From Geosiphon pyriformis uo1 (Eukaryota > Fungi > Glomeromycota), in contig JAAOMT010000766.1 in assembly GCA_016748015.1 (NCBI GenBank), forward strand, positions 13,064-77,063: 64,000 bases of DNA, given 5' to 3'. A model generated the notes under the pieces. That model was not told the DNA's origin and ran no database searches. It worked only from the letters and a program-made list of their open reading frames with translations. How positions within the stretch are numbered: position 1 is the stretch's first letter; each line of letters begins with the position of its first letter. Shown piece by piece: positions 1-13,200 of the stretch. Made by a program: the position numbers and the translations under genes.

Positions 1-288
1 TATTGATTAATTTGGGTGAACTATTCATAATTTCGGCGACTTTCTATAAATTTCGGCGAATTTCTGTAAATTTCGGCGAATTTTTGAATGTTACAAAGTT
101 CAGGGTATTGTGTAATTTGATCATCCTACTTTCTGTTATACTAATTAGATTATTTTAATTGAATTGTGATATGTGATAATTGATTAAATAATAAATGATA
201 ATTTGAAATGATATTAATATACTAATGAATTATAGGAATTATAAGAGTAATTTTATGCTAATTAATAACTAAAATTCTACTGGTAATA
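1..288 (-). mobile_element. 5' (U3) part of a family-A Gypsy LTR, inserted in inverted orientation into the RT of a same-family element; continues beyond the window start
   Basis: Reverse complement of ~3394-3700, including the AAATTCGCCGAAATTT repeats; ends TGGTAATA at 288 (TG end mutated to TA) directly before the RT codons V-Y-L-D-D. Confidence 0.9.
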
Positions 289-2560
289 TTGTCTATCTTG
301 ATGACACTGATATATACTCACCAAGCTTTGAGACTCATCTTATACACCTGCAAGAAGTTTTTCAATGATTACTAAAAGCAGAATTAAAGTTAAATATTGA
401 AAAATGTCACTTTAGAAAAACAAGCTTAATTTTCTTCAGACACATTGTTAGCAAAGATGGAGTCAAACCAAATCCTGGAACAATCAGTGCTGTCAAAAAC
501 TTTCAAACTTCCAGAAATACCACAGAACTATGAAGATTTGTAGAATTAGCCTCTTACTATTGAAAATTTATAAAAGGATTCTCAGAAATTGCCAAACCAC
601 TTAATTATTTTACCAACAAAAATGTACCATACAAATGGACTGAAGAACAACAAAAAGCTTTTGAAACTCTCAAAACAAAATTGACAACAGCCCCAATTCT
701 TGCTTACCCAGACTTCAACAAACAATTCCAATTAGCCACTAATGTTTCACACATAGTATTTGGTGCCATCTTATCACAATTAAATGAAAATGGCCAGAAA
801 CAAGTTATTGCTTATGCCAGCAAAACATTCAAGCCAACAGAACTCAAATATGGCTCAACTGAATTGGAAGCTGCTGCAGTCATTTGGGCTCTCAAATACT
901 TTCAACAATACCTAAAGAATGGAAAAGAATTTGACATAATAACTGACAATATTGGCTTCAAATGGCTTAATAAAAAAAAAAACTGAACAAAGTGCCAAAC
1001 AGTCTCAATAGAATAACTTTCTAGCAGACTACAGATACATTGTACATCACAAACCAGAAAAACTACACACCAATGTTGATAGCTTCTCAAGAATGAGACA
1101 ATATTAATACCAACATCAACACCAACAAAACACCAACAAACTTAACAGTAGAACAAACAACAAAATTAACAACAATAGATCCAGAAAACTACAACAACAT
1201 CAAAAACTATTTGAAGACTCTTACCATGCCAGAAAATTGGTCTCCAAGTGAAAAACATTGATTACAACACCAATCCAAACAATATTTTATACACCACAAC
1301 AAAATCTATTACAAAAATCATAAAAATCCAAACCAACCATTCAGATTAGTATAGGAAAATGAAAAAAAAACAATTCTATACAACATGCACACAGATCTTT
1401 TTTCAGCACACTTGGGAAGAGATGGAACAATTCAAAAAACTTTTGAACATTATTTTTGGTCTCACATGCAAAAAGACATTTGACTATATGTAGAATCTTG
1501 TGATAATTGTCAAAGAAGAGGAGGAACTTGTCCCACAGAACCTTTAAATCCAATCAAAGTTGGACAACCATTTGACAGAGTTGGAATTGATTTAGTCAGA
1601 CCATTACCTATCACAACCCAAGGAAATCATTATATTGCAGTAGCAGTAGATTATCTTACCAAATGGCCTGAAGCTAGAGCCATCCAAAGAGCAGATGCAA
1701 AATCAGTAGCAAATTTCATCTATGAAGACATTATTTGTAGACATAGATGTCCAATTGAACTCTTATCTGATTAAAGAACACATTTTGTGAACAACCCAAT
1801 ACAAGAAATTTGTGAACAATTCAATATCAAAAGATCTCTATTATTGTCTTATCACCCTCAAACAAATGAACGTGTAGAATGGTTCAACAGAACATTGTGT
1901 GAATTGTTGGCCAAAGTCTCAACAGATTTTGACCAGGAATGGGATATTTTTATTCTATCAGTATTACTAGCATACAGAACACTAAAACAAGATACTATGA
2001 AACACACACCATTTGACCTTATTTATGGAAAGACAGCAATATTACCAATTAATTTCACAGTAGAAACATACCTAGTGCAACCAATTAATGAAGAAAACTT
2101 TCAAGAAACACTCCAAAGAAGGTCCTACACTCTTCTCAGTACACTGGAAGGAAAAAAAAAGATAGCAGCAACTCACATTGAACATTCCCAAACTCAACAA
2201 AAAGAAAGACATAACAACAAATTACCACTCATTATCAATGAATTTAAAGTTGGAAATAAAGTTCTCTTACACAGAACTAAGACTGAAAAACAATGGAGTG
2301 GAAAATTTGAAAACAAATGGGATGAACCATTTTATATTTACGAAATTCTAGGCAATGGATCATATAAGTTAAGACTTGATGATAAAATACTAACAAAAGT
2401 TGCACATGGAGACAAATTGAAACACTATCATTCCAGAAACAATTCTGAAACATTAATTCCACAAATTGGTACACATTCCCCTTTAATTAATCCTGAAGAT
2501 ATTCCCCAAAATTTAGAACCAATAATTATAATAAAACAACAACCAAACTTGAACACTTAA
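289..2560 (+). pseudogene. Gypsy pol remnant: RT, RNase H, integrase with GPF/Y-type C-terminus
   Basis: VYLDD at ~291-305; APILAYPDF, VIAYASK, YGSTELE in ORF 681-986; YHPQTN.VE.FNRTL and WSGKF..KWD.PF in ORF 1787-2560; several premature stops. Confidence 0.92.
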
Positions 2561-2705
2561 ATTTTACAATAATTCTTTAATAAAAACACAAAGACAAAAA
2601 ATAGTAAATAATTACAAAAAACACTCAAACCCAAAAACAAATAAAAACTCCATATCCAAAAATAATTTTCTTTATTCTCTCTTTTCATAATTAGTCAATT
2701 TTATC

Positions 2706-3382
2706 ATGATTATTCCCCGAAATATTCAACAAATATCCCAAAAATTAATGTTAGCCTTGAAAACACTTCCTGACTTATCCATAACGATTAATAGAAGTCA
2801 AATTAATTACATTTAGAAAGAAACCACAGCTCCAGTAGTAAATTATTTACAGAACTATTACCTCTATAGAAGAAAAACAAGAAGTCACTCTGAAAATAGG
2901 TTACCAAGACTTTTGAAGCAAACACTAGAAGAAAATCTTTTAATTGCCCCTATTGACATTCCACCAAATGCTACAATACAACAAAAACTTCTACTACTTC
3001 TCAATAAACAGAACAATGAACACACCCCTATCTATAAATACTTTCATATTGAAAAGACACTTTATGAATGAAAACTGGAACTTGAAACAACAAATCTCAT
3101 TTCTAAAGCTATACAAAAACAAATTCATAATGAATTCAAAACAGCAGCTGGATCAACAAACACTCACTACAAACTTAGAGCAGCTTTTAGACTCTATGAT
3201 TTGTTTAATACTTGTGAAAATGTTCTACAAAATCCAATACTGTAACCAATGAAAGTCCAATACATTGGCAAACTCACAGAACTGAAATTTTAACAATTTT
3301 CAGACCAGATTACTTCAATTATTTTGGATCACTATTTCAATATCACAGATAGTGTTTGGACTTCGATGGAGCTCAGTCTTGA
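2706..3382 (+). pseudogene. Accessory ORF3 of family-A Gypsy (unknown function, ~225 codons, interrupted by transition-type stops)
   Basis: Manual translation MIIPRNIQQISQKL...YKYFHIEKTL...LRAAFRLYDLF...VLQNPIL..MKVQYIGKL; homologous to the ORF3 copies at 28.4, 31.5 and 41.5 kb. Confidence 0.72.
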
Positions 3383-3393
3383 GGAGGAGATTA

Positions 3394-4404
3394 TGTTATC
3401 AGTAGAATTTTAGCTATTAATTAACATGAAATTACCCTTATAATTCCTATAATTAATTAGTATATTAATATCATTTCAAATTATCATTTATTATTTAATC
3501 AATTATCACATATCACGATTCAATTAAATAATCTAATTAGTATAACAAAAAGTAGGATGATCAAATTACACAATACCCTGAACTTTGTAACATTCAAAAA
3601 TTCGCCGAAATTTACAGAAATTCGCTGAAATTTATAAGAAATTCGCCGAAATTTATAGAAATTCGCCGAAATTATGAATAGTTCACCCAAAGTAATTAAT
3701 AGTTCAGCGAAATAACTTGTAGTTCATCAAAATGTATCTTTAGTTCACCAAAATTTGAGCAAAGAGAAAAAGTGCAAGTTCATAGATTAGTACTACAACA
3801 AGTTGTATAAAAAAAGAGCTTTTCTCTTCAAAAAAATGTATCTTACTTTAGATTTATCACTTAGAACCATTTCTACACACACAAAAAGAAATAAATATCA
3901 AATAATTTGAAAAACCAAATTCTTTAATTATTGCACTTGGAAATCCCCAAAACCCAACTAATGTTTTAAAATTGATTAGCTACCAATTTCAGTAAAACTG
4001 TTAGTGACTTCAGGCCTGGATAGAAAACGTTTCCCTTGACAGAATTCAATTTTTTTTATATTTTTTTTACATTTCTTTTATTTTCTTATTATAATCATTA
4101 GGGTAGTCTACAAACGAGATTCCTGTAGAAGAGTTGACTTTCACAGCAAAATAACTACACATTTTAGTGAGCTTCCAGATGAGCAATTCCTGGGAAAGAG
4201 TTGACATTTACTACAATGTAATTACATAAAGTAACTGGCAAGGAATTGGTCATTCCACTTATAAGCCCAGCAAGTTCAAATTATAGAAGATAATTTGAAA
4301 ATAAATTCAGTTATTGGAGGTTCAACTACTTCTAGAAAACGTGAATTTGCAACCAACAGACATTTACAACATTCAAGAAAAGAGACCAAAAACCTCTGGT
4401 AACA
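3394..4404 (+). repeat. 3' LTR of family-A Gypsy (~1.01 kb)
   Basis: Starts TG 3 nt after the PPT; inverted ends TGTTA(T/C)CAG / CTGGTAACA; LINE sequence resumes at 4405. Confidence 0.85.
3598..3752 (+). repeat. U3 tandem array: ~19-20 bp AAATTCGCCGAAATTT units, then TAGTTCA(C/G/T) units
   Basis: Four visible TTCG-C-(C/T)GAA units; inverted copy at ~30-85. Confidence 0.85.
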
Positions 4405-7400
4405 CCATATTAAAACTACTACAGAAATTCATACTTATAATGCCATTAACACACCTAGCTTCTTACTTAATGAAATTAACTATATTAAACAAATTTTTAA
4501 TAAAGTAATAAGCATTACCAAAAACAGGTTTGTTTTCAATATTGAAAAAACAACATGACATTATAAGAAGTAAAAACAAATCTGGAGACAACTGTAATAT
4601 TGACATAGAAATTGACATGTTTGTTTTTAACATTGCCAGAATAACTTTTGATTTTTTTCCATGTAATTAAAATTTTTTTTTTGAAATGACTTAATAAATA
4701 TGCTCTTTTTTAATCCAGCATTTATTGCAAAAATCAGGACCAAACACACTATAACTAAAGTTATACATGTCTAACAAAGCTTGGCTGTTTGTAAACAAAG
4801 TAACCAATTTAGAAACAAGAATACATTTCAAAGCAAAAACAATGGCCTACAACTCCATTAAAGTTAAAAACAACAACCCATTTATTCTAATTCCAACACT
4901 AGTGTTCACATTTGGAAAATAGGCAGCAACATCACTATAAACACTCACTAATCCCAAACTTTTAACAAAGCCATCTATGTAAACAGTTACAGAAACTGGA
5001 CCAGAATTCAATAAACATTCACAAATATAATCAAAGTCACAAAAAAGATTGGCAAGAATGAACAGAAGAGATACTGACCTATTATATAACAAACTATCTT
5101 CACCAATAAACTTGACCAAAAAACCAAACTATATGGGAACTGGGCCCTTAGGGTCCAGTTTTTTTCATTTACAAAAAGTATTCCATGTAAAACACATGTC
5201 ATAATATTCCAAAAGCTGGTTTACAAACATAATCTTATATCTTTTAAGAGACTTTACCATGCCCAAATAACAATTTAAGCCCAGCACATTCAGAATTGCA
5301 ATATTATTTTCAGCCCAAAAAACATCAAACAGATTATTACTTAAAAACAGATTGCACAAAGCAAAAGCATGTGTTGTACTAGTCAAAAAACAATTTATTG
5401 GATTAATTAGCAACCTAACCAGAATTTAAAGAGAGTGCTAGAGCATTCAGCTAGTGACTTGTAGATCTATAGCTCTGTGTTTGAATAAATTGCTAAGAAT
5501 TTCATTAGTATTGGTAAAAATAACCAAACCAGCCAACAGATTCTTAGTTAGCACTTGCTCAAAAGTTCTCAAACTGTACAACTCAGGATAATATAATGTC
5601 TTACTCAAAAAGTTCTTGGACAGATTAGCTTTAAACTTTAACTCTTTTCTTAATATTTTGTCTCATTTCTCATACACACTTTTTGAAACACAACTGAATT
5701 GCAACTTATAGTCAACAATAGACTACACAATAACAAAAACCAAATACAAAAACTGTTTCTTAGTAATGGTCTTTCTCAAAACCACATTCAAAAAAAACTG
5801 AACATCCAAATAAGTCTTAACTAAACTTGGTTTAAACAGGCTATTAGTTAAGAAAAAAATTCCCAAATATTAATAAGATTCACATTTTTTAGCTATAAAG
5901 ATATTAGAACCATTAATTAACAGCAAAGAATTCTTGGCTTCTTGGTTAATAGGAATGGTGACCATTTTGTTTGTATTGATTGAAATATTATTTATTAAAA
6001 AAAATTCACTAGTAATATCCAAAATATATTGTATAGCCACCATACAATTTTTAATCCAAATAATATTATTAATAAAGACACTAGCTGCAAAAAAAAAAAA
6101 CTTTGCCATCTCTGAAATCAACCTTATCAGACTTTGTAAAAAACTTTAAATTCAATCTATAACCACACAATTGCTTATGTTTTTTGATTTTACAAAGCAG
6201 AAAATCATAAAAAATTTTCCATAGCAGTGGTAAAAAGATTTTCTTTTAATCCAAACTATCATAAACAGCATATCTACTAGTAAGTTCAAAGTTTGTCATC
6301 ATTTAATTAGTCCAATCATTATGTATACTTTCAAAAAACATTACAAAATGGGAACACATCTTGATCCTAGCCAAGTTATTCTATAAATAAAATCATCTAA
6401 CTAAGTCATAAGCTTTTTGCATATCCTAGAGAACCAGCCACAGCTCCCTGTCTTTTTTTAATGCATTCTCAATTATTGAACCAATAGCAAAAATCAGAGT
6501 TTGAGTGGACATATTCTTTAAAACTAAAAAATTATCATCATAAAAAACATCAAACTTACTGTAAACCAAAGATATCCTGTCTAAAAAAATCTTAGACAAT
6601 ATTTTTTGGGCTGTTTCAATTAATATTATAGGTCTGGTATTTATAAGAGTCTTTTCTTAATCATGGTTTTGATATTATAGACACCCATGTTTGTTTTTAC
6701 TGTGTAGGCACTGTACTTAACACAAGACACACATTAAAAATATTTAACAAACCACTTAAAAACCAGACATCTCTATGCTTTCAAAGTTTGTTCAGAATAC
6801 CAGAAAGTCCAGCAGTTTTACTATTAAACAATTTCTTAACAACCTAAAAAAACTTATCAAATTTGATATCACACATAATATTCAAAAATACATCATTATT
6901 GACATAGTCTAAAGAAACATATTGATTAAATTATTGGGCAAACAGAGCATTAAGAATCTCATGCTTTCTTGTCTATCTTTTTATAATAATGTTAACTATA
7001 GACTTAACTTTATCAGGTGCCAGGATTAAATCATTATCTACAATTAGATAGTCGAGCACTACTTTCTAAAATGATCACTTCAAAACATTGTTGATTATAT
7101 GTTCTTTATTAAAACAAAAGTTTTCCATGTATTTGTTAATTGCTTTTTTAATAAGAATGTTTTTGGCAATCTTAAATTTATAATACTTGGATTTATGGTA
7201 CTTTTTTCTTATTTTTGACAAATAATATAAAATTCTCTCTATGTTTTTGTCATTGCCAACTATAATGTGCACTTTGAAAGCCTCTACTTTGTTAATACTA
7301 AACTATATATTAATAAGATAATCAGCTTTTAACTTTTGACTCAAATCCAAATATTTTACTATCTTGGTTACTAACAACTTTAGCTTAAAGAACCTTGATA

Positions 7401-10285
7401 ATTGTTTATTCTTAGAACATTCAAACTTGTTAAACCAGAATTTAGAAAACATTTTATTGACAGAGCTTACCACCACCTCTTTAAGAATTTTCCACATAGT
7501 ATTCAAATTTTTATCATCCTTTGCATCATAAAATTCATCCAACTTTTTCAAGAATTTGTCCAATAAATGTTTTCTAAAACATGCCTATTTATTGATATTG
7601 GCATCTTTGATTCTAAATTTTTACTTATTTCTATTAGTTTGCTTATAATTACTATTGAGACAAGTATTTAAAAAACCACTTAAACCAACCAAAACCATAA
7701 TAGTTCTGTAATCCATATTAAAGAAACCAGAAATAGAATTAACTCTATGATTGACCATTGCAAATAACAAACTTCTACTTATGAAAATATAATCAATAAC
7801 TTTTTTAGCACTCCTTGAATTGTTCCAAGTAAGAGCTTTACTCAGCAAATGTCTATTAAATAAATTGATCAAATTCAGATCCAAACAGAACTTGAAACTT
7901 GCACTTTTCCTAGATTTATTTTTATTAAAATCTTTACTCAGAATCACAAAAGTGTTGGAGTTAACAGTCTTAGCAATAAAAAAGTTGATTCTTACAGTTT
8001 GACTAAATCTGATTTTAACCAAAGTATCAGTATACAGAACTAAAATTGTGACCAAAAGTTTGCCTTTAAAAAAAAGCCTCACTAAAATAACCTGATCAGG
8101 GCTTCTTTAATCTTAGAAACATAATACATCAGAGAATTGTTCATAATAATGACCACTCCAGCACCAAAAAACTTTTTGTTTAAACCAGATGAAAAAATTT
8201 TTATACTATTAAACTTATTCATAATCTATGGTCTAATATTAGGTCTTAACTTCATTTCTGTAATAATTAAAACCATATTTTCTAAATTTACATGCCAGTA
8301 AATAACATCTTTTTGCTTAGCAAAAACATTGATACTCTAAACATTACATGTAGCAAACTTCTAGATTAAATCACTTATTGAGACAAAGAAGACACCAAAA
8401 AACCTGAGCCAGTACACAATTAATCCAATTTCACCAGAACTAAACTAACAAAAACTTTGAGAGCCACCAATTTCGACTCCAAACTGCCCACCTTGATAGT
8501 CAAAACTTTTGAACTACTTGAATCCAAAGCTAAGACATTAAAGGCAACAAGAAAAAGAGGCAAATACAACAATTTAGAACCATCTAAAACCATATTTAAA
8601 TCCAGATCCAAACCATCAGCCAATAAGATAGCCAAATTGTAAAAGGGAGGAAGAAAAACCAAAGACACTAATTCTATGTTGCTAAGTTTGCACACTAAGC
8701 TAGAAATTTAATCTACTAAAAGCTTCAAAGAGCATTTTAAAGAAGCCAAATAAGCATTTAAAGATGAGTTATCAGCTAAAATAAAAGAAAAATTATCACT
8801 CAAACTTAATGCACCAAAAGGAAGAAAACCAAATTCTGAAGCTGCAAATAAACCATAAAAAAGGGATTCCACTAAGACTACTTGAATCTAAAATTTACCA
8901 CCAAAGGCAGTAAAACAAGAGATAAAAACATTTTTCTTGGCATACAGCTTGGCTAGCTAAAGATAACTCATATCTGATGTAGTTTTTTTAAATAATATTG
9001 AAGACTTAAAAGTAAACACACTTGTTATACTATATTCTAAAGTGAAATGACCAAATTTCTCACACTTTTTATACCAAACCAGATCTATTCTAATCCATAA
9101 GAGTTTTATGTCACCAAAAATTGGCTTCATGTAAAAAACAAACTTTAGCTCTTTGTCAAAATTGAAACCAATCATGACACAGCAAACCCAATTGCCAATA
9201 TTAAGTAAATAATTAATAACACATGTTTTCTCACCTATTTTTTTTTAAAGAGTATTAAGATTATAAACAGTCATTTCTATAGGCAAGATAAACAAAAGTG
9301 CTCTGAACTGATTCTTAAACATTTAAGTACTACAATTTTTCACAGTTATAGTTACACATACTGAGTTTTTTCCAATTAGAAATAACTATTTTGAAACCAA
9401 CTGTTCAGTTTGACCTGATTTAATAAATTCTATCACAGCTTTTTGCCACATACCAATGAATTGAATTTTGATTAACTTAATTTCTCTAAACTTAGATACT
9501 ATAGCAATAATTATTTCTTTAAGCATATTTATAAGAATTTTTTTGATTACTACTGTTCAATCTAAACAGATTTTTTGTCTTTTGAAAAAATATTGGCCCT
9601 CCCAAAACCATTGATTGTTGAGAACAATTTCTTAATAAACTGAGTTTTTGCTGTTGTAGATTTGCTTTCTACCATTGAAATATTAATGTTCAAGACAAAA
9701 GACTTTTTAATTGATACCTCAACTTGAGTTTTTACAATTTTTGGGTTAATTCATTTGTTTTTTAAAAAAATATTAAGAGGAAAAAAGAAAAGTCTATTAT
9801 CTTTATCTATGCCATAATTAATAGAACCCAAAAAAAAACCACACTCCAAACTGATATCTACCCTTCTATTTGTCTTAGAAGTGTTTACTACTAAACCAAG
9901 AAGAGAGCCATTATTGATACCCAAAAACATACCATTATTTTTACTATCACTAGATATATTGTCTTTATCCGAGTATATATCACTGTCAATAATAGGTTTA
10001 ACCAAAAAAATATCTCTTTTATTATCAGAATACTTAATATTACCAACTGAAACTTTTTTTTTCTAAGAAAAAAATCTCTAATAGGGTTTTGCAAAGCACT
10101 CTTAAACATCTTTTTTTTGATATACTACTATTTAAAGCAGCTACCAGATCCACTACAAAAAGATTATTTGCTTGAAAAATGTTATAAGAAACTAACCAAA
10201 AAAAAATAAAAACAAAAAATTTCTTTTTTAAAAAAACACTTTTTAAGAAATTTGGGAAAAAAGAGAGAAAGAAGTTTTATTATTT
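4405..10285 (-). mobile_element. Decayed non-LTR retrotransposon (LINE): 5' UTR, ORF1 (RRM-like + CCHC), ORF2 (APE endonuclease, RT, RNase H); 3' end interrupted by the family-A Gypsy
   Basis: ORF1 start ~10109; knuckle remnant KCEKFGHF..E ~9040-9070; FATCNVR ~8340-8360; KKVIDYIF; RT FVDD degraded to FINN ~6070; RNase H VYIDG..EL.AI in ORF 4847-5119; homologous to the copy at 21.5-27.5 kb. Confidence 0.85.
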
Positions 10286-10299
10286 TTTTAAAATTATTA

Positions 10300-13200
10300 T
10301 ATTATAATTAATTAATTTATATTATTTTAAAATTTTTTACTAAATTTTTAAACTGTAACAATGTGTAATTTTTTTATTAACATAAAACTTAAAAGCTAAT
10401 TTTATTAATAAATTGTTATTAATTAATTTTAAATATTTTTAATATTATTAAAATAAGATTTTTGCAAATTTTAAGTAATTTGTATTTGTAATTTCTAATT
10501 TTGTTACTTTTATTAATAGTTTCTAATAATGTTTTTGTTTTTTATAAATTATATCTTATAAAAAACATTAAATATTATAAGTAATTTATTGAGTTTTTTA
10601 ACTTTTTATAATTTATTATTTGAATATAAAATTTTTTAATATAATAATTTTTATAAAAAATTTTTTAAAGGTATTAATAAATAAATTTTTTATATAATAA
10701 ACAAAAATTTAATATAATAATAGATAATACTCAATATTTAATTTTATTAATATAATAACTGATTTATTTTGGTGTTTTTTGCTTTTTTAATATGTATTTT
10801 TAATTTTTTGGCTATATTTTATATTTTTTTGGTGTTTTTTATCAAACAATCTTTGATATTATAATTTTAATGTTTTTTTTAATTAATTAGTAAATACAAA
10901 ACAAAACAAAACAAAACAAAACAAAATAAAACAAAATATTTTATTAATAGTTATAATTAAGAATTATTGTTTTAATATTATTAATAACATTTAAGTAATA
11001 TTATTAAAATTAATAAAAAGTAATTAAATTTTAATAAAACAAGTATAAATTTATAAAATTTGACTTATAAGAATATAAATAATAATTTTATTTTATAAGT
11101 AATATTATAAATCTATTTAAAAAAAACTGAACTCAATTATATAATTTACAATAAGTTGTAAAACAACAAAAACTAAATATAAAAATTGTTTATTAAAAAT
11201 AGCTTTTTTTGATTTATATTTAATTAAGATTTTTAATTAAATTATATTATTATAATTACACTAATTATTAATTTTTTTTTTGTTATTAATTAATTTTAAT
11301 ATTAATTTTTATAACATATATTAAAAATTTTTACATAAAAAGCTGGTTTTTTATTTATTTATAATAATATTATAATAATTTTTAAAATTTTAAATTATTA
11401 ATTCTTAGACTACAATAAAAATTAAGATAAATTGCTAAAATATTTTACTTTTTTTTTATTTAGTTTTTTTGTAAACTATTTTTGTTAATATTTTTTTATT
11501 CATAACAATAGATTTGGTAAACTTTTTTTTTTAATAATTCAAACATAAAAAACTAATATAATATTTATGTCTTTTATAATATAAACTTATAATATTATTT
11601 TAATTGGCTTAAATAATTAATTACATATAAAAAATACATAAATTATATTTATTTTAAAATCTAGTTTAATTATATTATAGTTGTTAAACCAAATAAATAA
11701 AAAAATTAAATATTATTATATTTAATATTATTTAGTATTAATAAATTAAACAAATTTTTTAAGTATAAATTTAAGTTTTAAATAAAAAATTAATTTATAT
11801 TATTTTGTATTTAAACCAATTAATTTTAAATTTTTAAAATATAAAAAAAATATAAAAAAATATAAAAAAATAATATTAATATTTATTAAAATTTATAATT
11901 TAGCACATATAAGATAAATTTAAAAATATTTAAATAATAATTAAAATACAAAGTATTTAAAATATTAACATAAAAATTATAATCAATTTATATATTAAAA
12001 AAAATAAAAAAGCTGTATTTTTTTATTATTTAAAATAATTGGTAATTTTTTTTATTAATAAAGCACTAATAACTATAAAAACTGTTTAATAATACTTTGT
12101 AAAAATACTTTTTTAAAAAAATAGTAGTTAATTAGTTTTTTATTGTTTTAAACTCATTTTTTTTATTTTTAAACAAAAGTTTTTTTTCAAAATTTCTTTA
12201 AAGTAGTTTATTTAGAATAGTTTTAATATGGTTTTTGTTTTTTTTTAAAAGTCTCAAAATATTTAATAAAAAGCCAATAACCAAATTATTTTTTTTGTTT
12301 TTATTATAGTTGTTTAAATAGCAAAAAACAATGTTAAATATTTTTTTTGCTTTGGTTTTTTTGTTTTTTTTTGGCTTTTTAATTAATTTTGTATTATTAG
12401 TATTAATTATAGTATTTAATATTATTGTAATTATAAATAAAAATATTTTTTATATTTTAAATAACAATAAAAATATGTTAACCAATTTTAATTTAAATTA
12501 GTTTTTAGTTATATTTTTTAATATATTAATTTTTAACCAATTTTTATTGGTTTTAAAAACAAAATAAAACATATTTTTATATATTTTTTTAACCAATTAA
12601 CTTATTAAATTATCTGATTTTAAATATTAGATTAACTAAATAAAAACTGAATTAATTATTTTTTTTTGTTTTTTGGTACTGTTTTTAATAATATTTAAAA
12701 AATAATTACAAATTTTTTGAATAAATAGTTTTTATTTTAGTATTTAATACTATTTTTAAGATTAAACTGGTTTTTGTTAATTTTTTATTAAAGTTACTAT
12801 TTGGTTTTATTAAACTTAAATTTATTTTAAAAGACAATATTAAATTGTTTTATATATATTTTGTTTTTAAAAATTTTTTGGCTATTATTATTAAAATTGT
12901 TATTGATAAATTTGTTTTTTTAATTATATTTGAAATTACAAAGTTTTTTGTAATAATTTTTGCTTTTTTTTTTGTTATAAATGTTTTTTATAATGTTATT
13001 TTAATTAAATTAAAGCTTATAAATTTATAATAATATGTTATTGTTTATTTAAAGACTTTTTTTTTGCTATTGTTATTTTTATTTACTAATCTGTATTAAT
13101 TAAAAAAAACAGCATTAAAATTTTTTTTACTTAATCAAAAAAAGTTATTATTGTAAAAAACAATTTTAAAACCAAATTAATTAATTTTTTTTTGATAATA

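Larger units (their letters stand above)
289..4404 (+). mobile_element. Ty3/Gypsy LTR retrotransposon, family A, 3' half (RT-RNase H-integrase-ORF3-PPT-3' LTR), inserted into a LINE
   Basis: Domain order RT-RH-IN; PPT GAGGAGGAGA at 3381-3390; LTR TGTTATCAG...CTGGTAACA. Confidence 0.93.

Noticed and set aside
289-2560. Alternative genetic code to explain in-frame stops
   Set aside because: All three stop types occur at Gln/Trp/Arg positions and differ between copies; host genes use the standard code with TGA stops
1-3700. Long inverted repeats suggesting a DIRS-like or DNA transposon
   Set aside because: No tyrosine recombinase or transposase; a DDE integrase, PPT and normal LTR are present; explained by a nested inverted LTR
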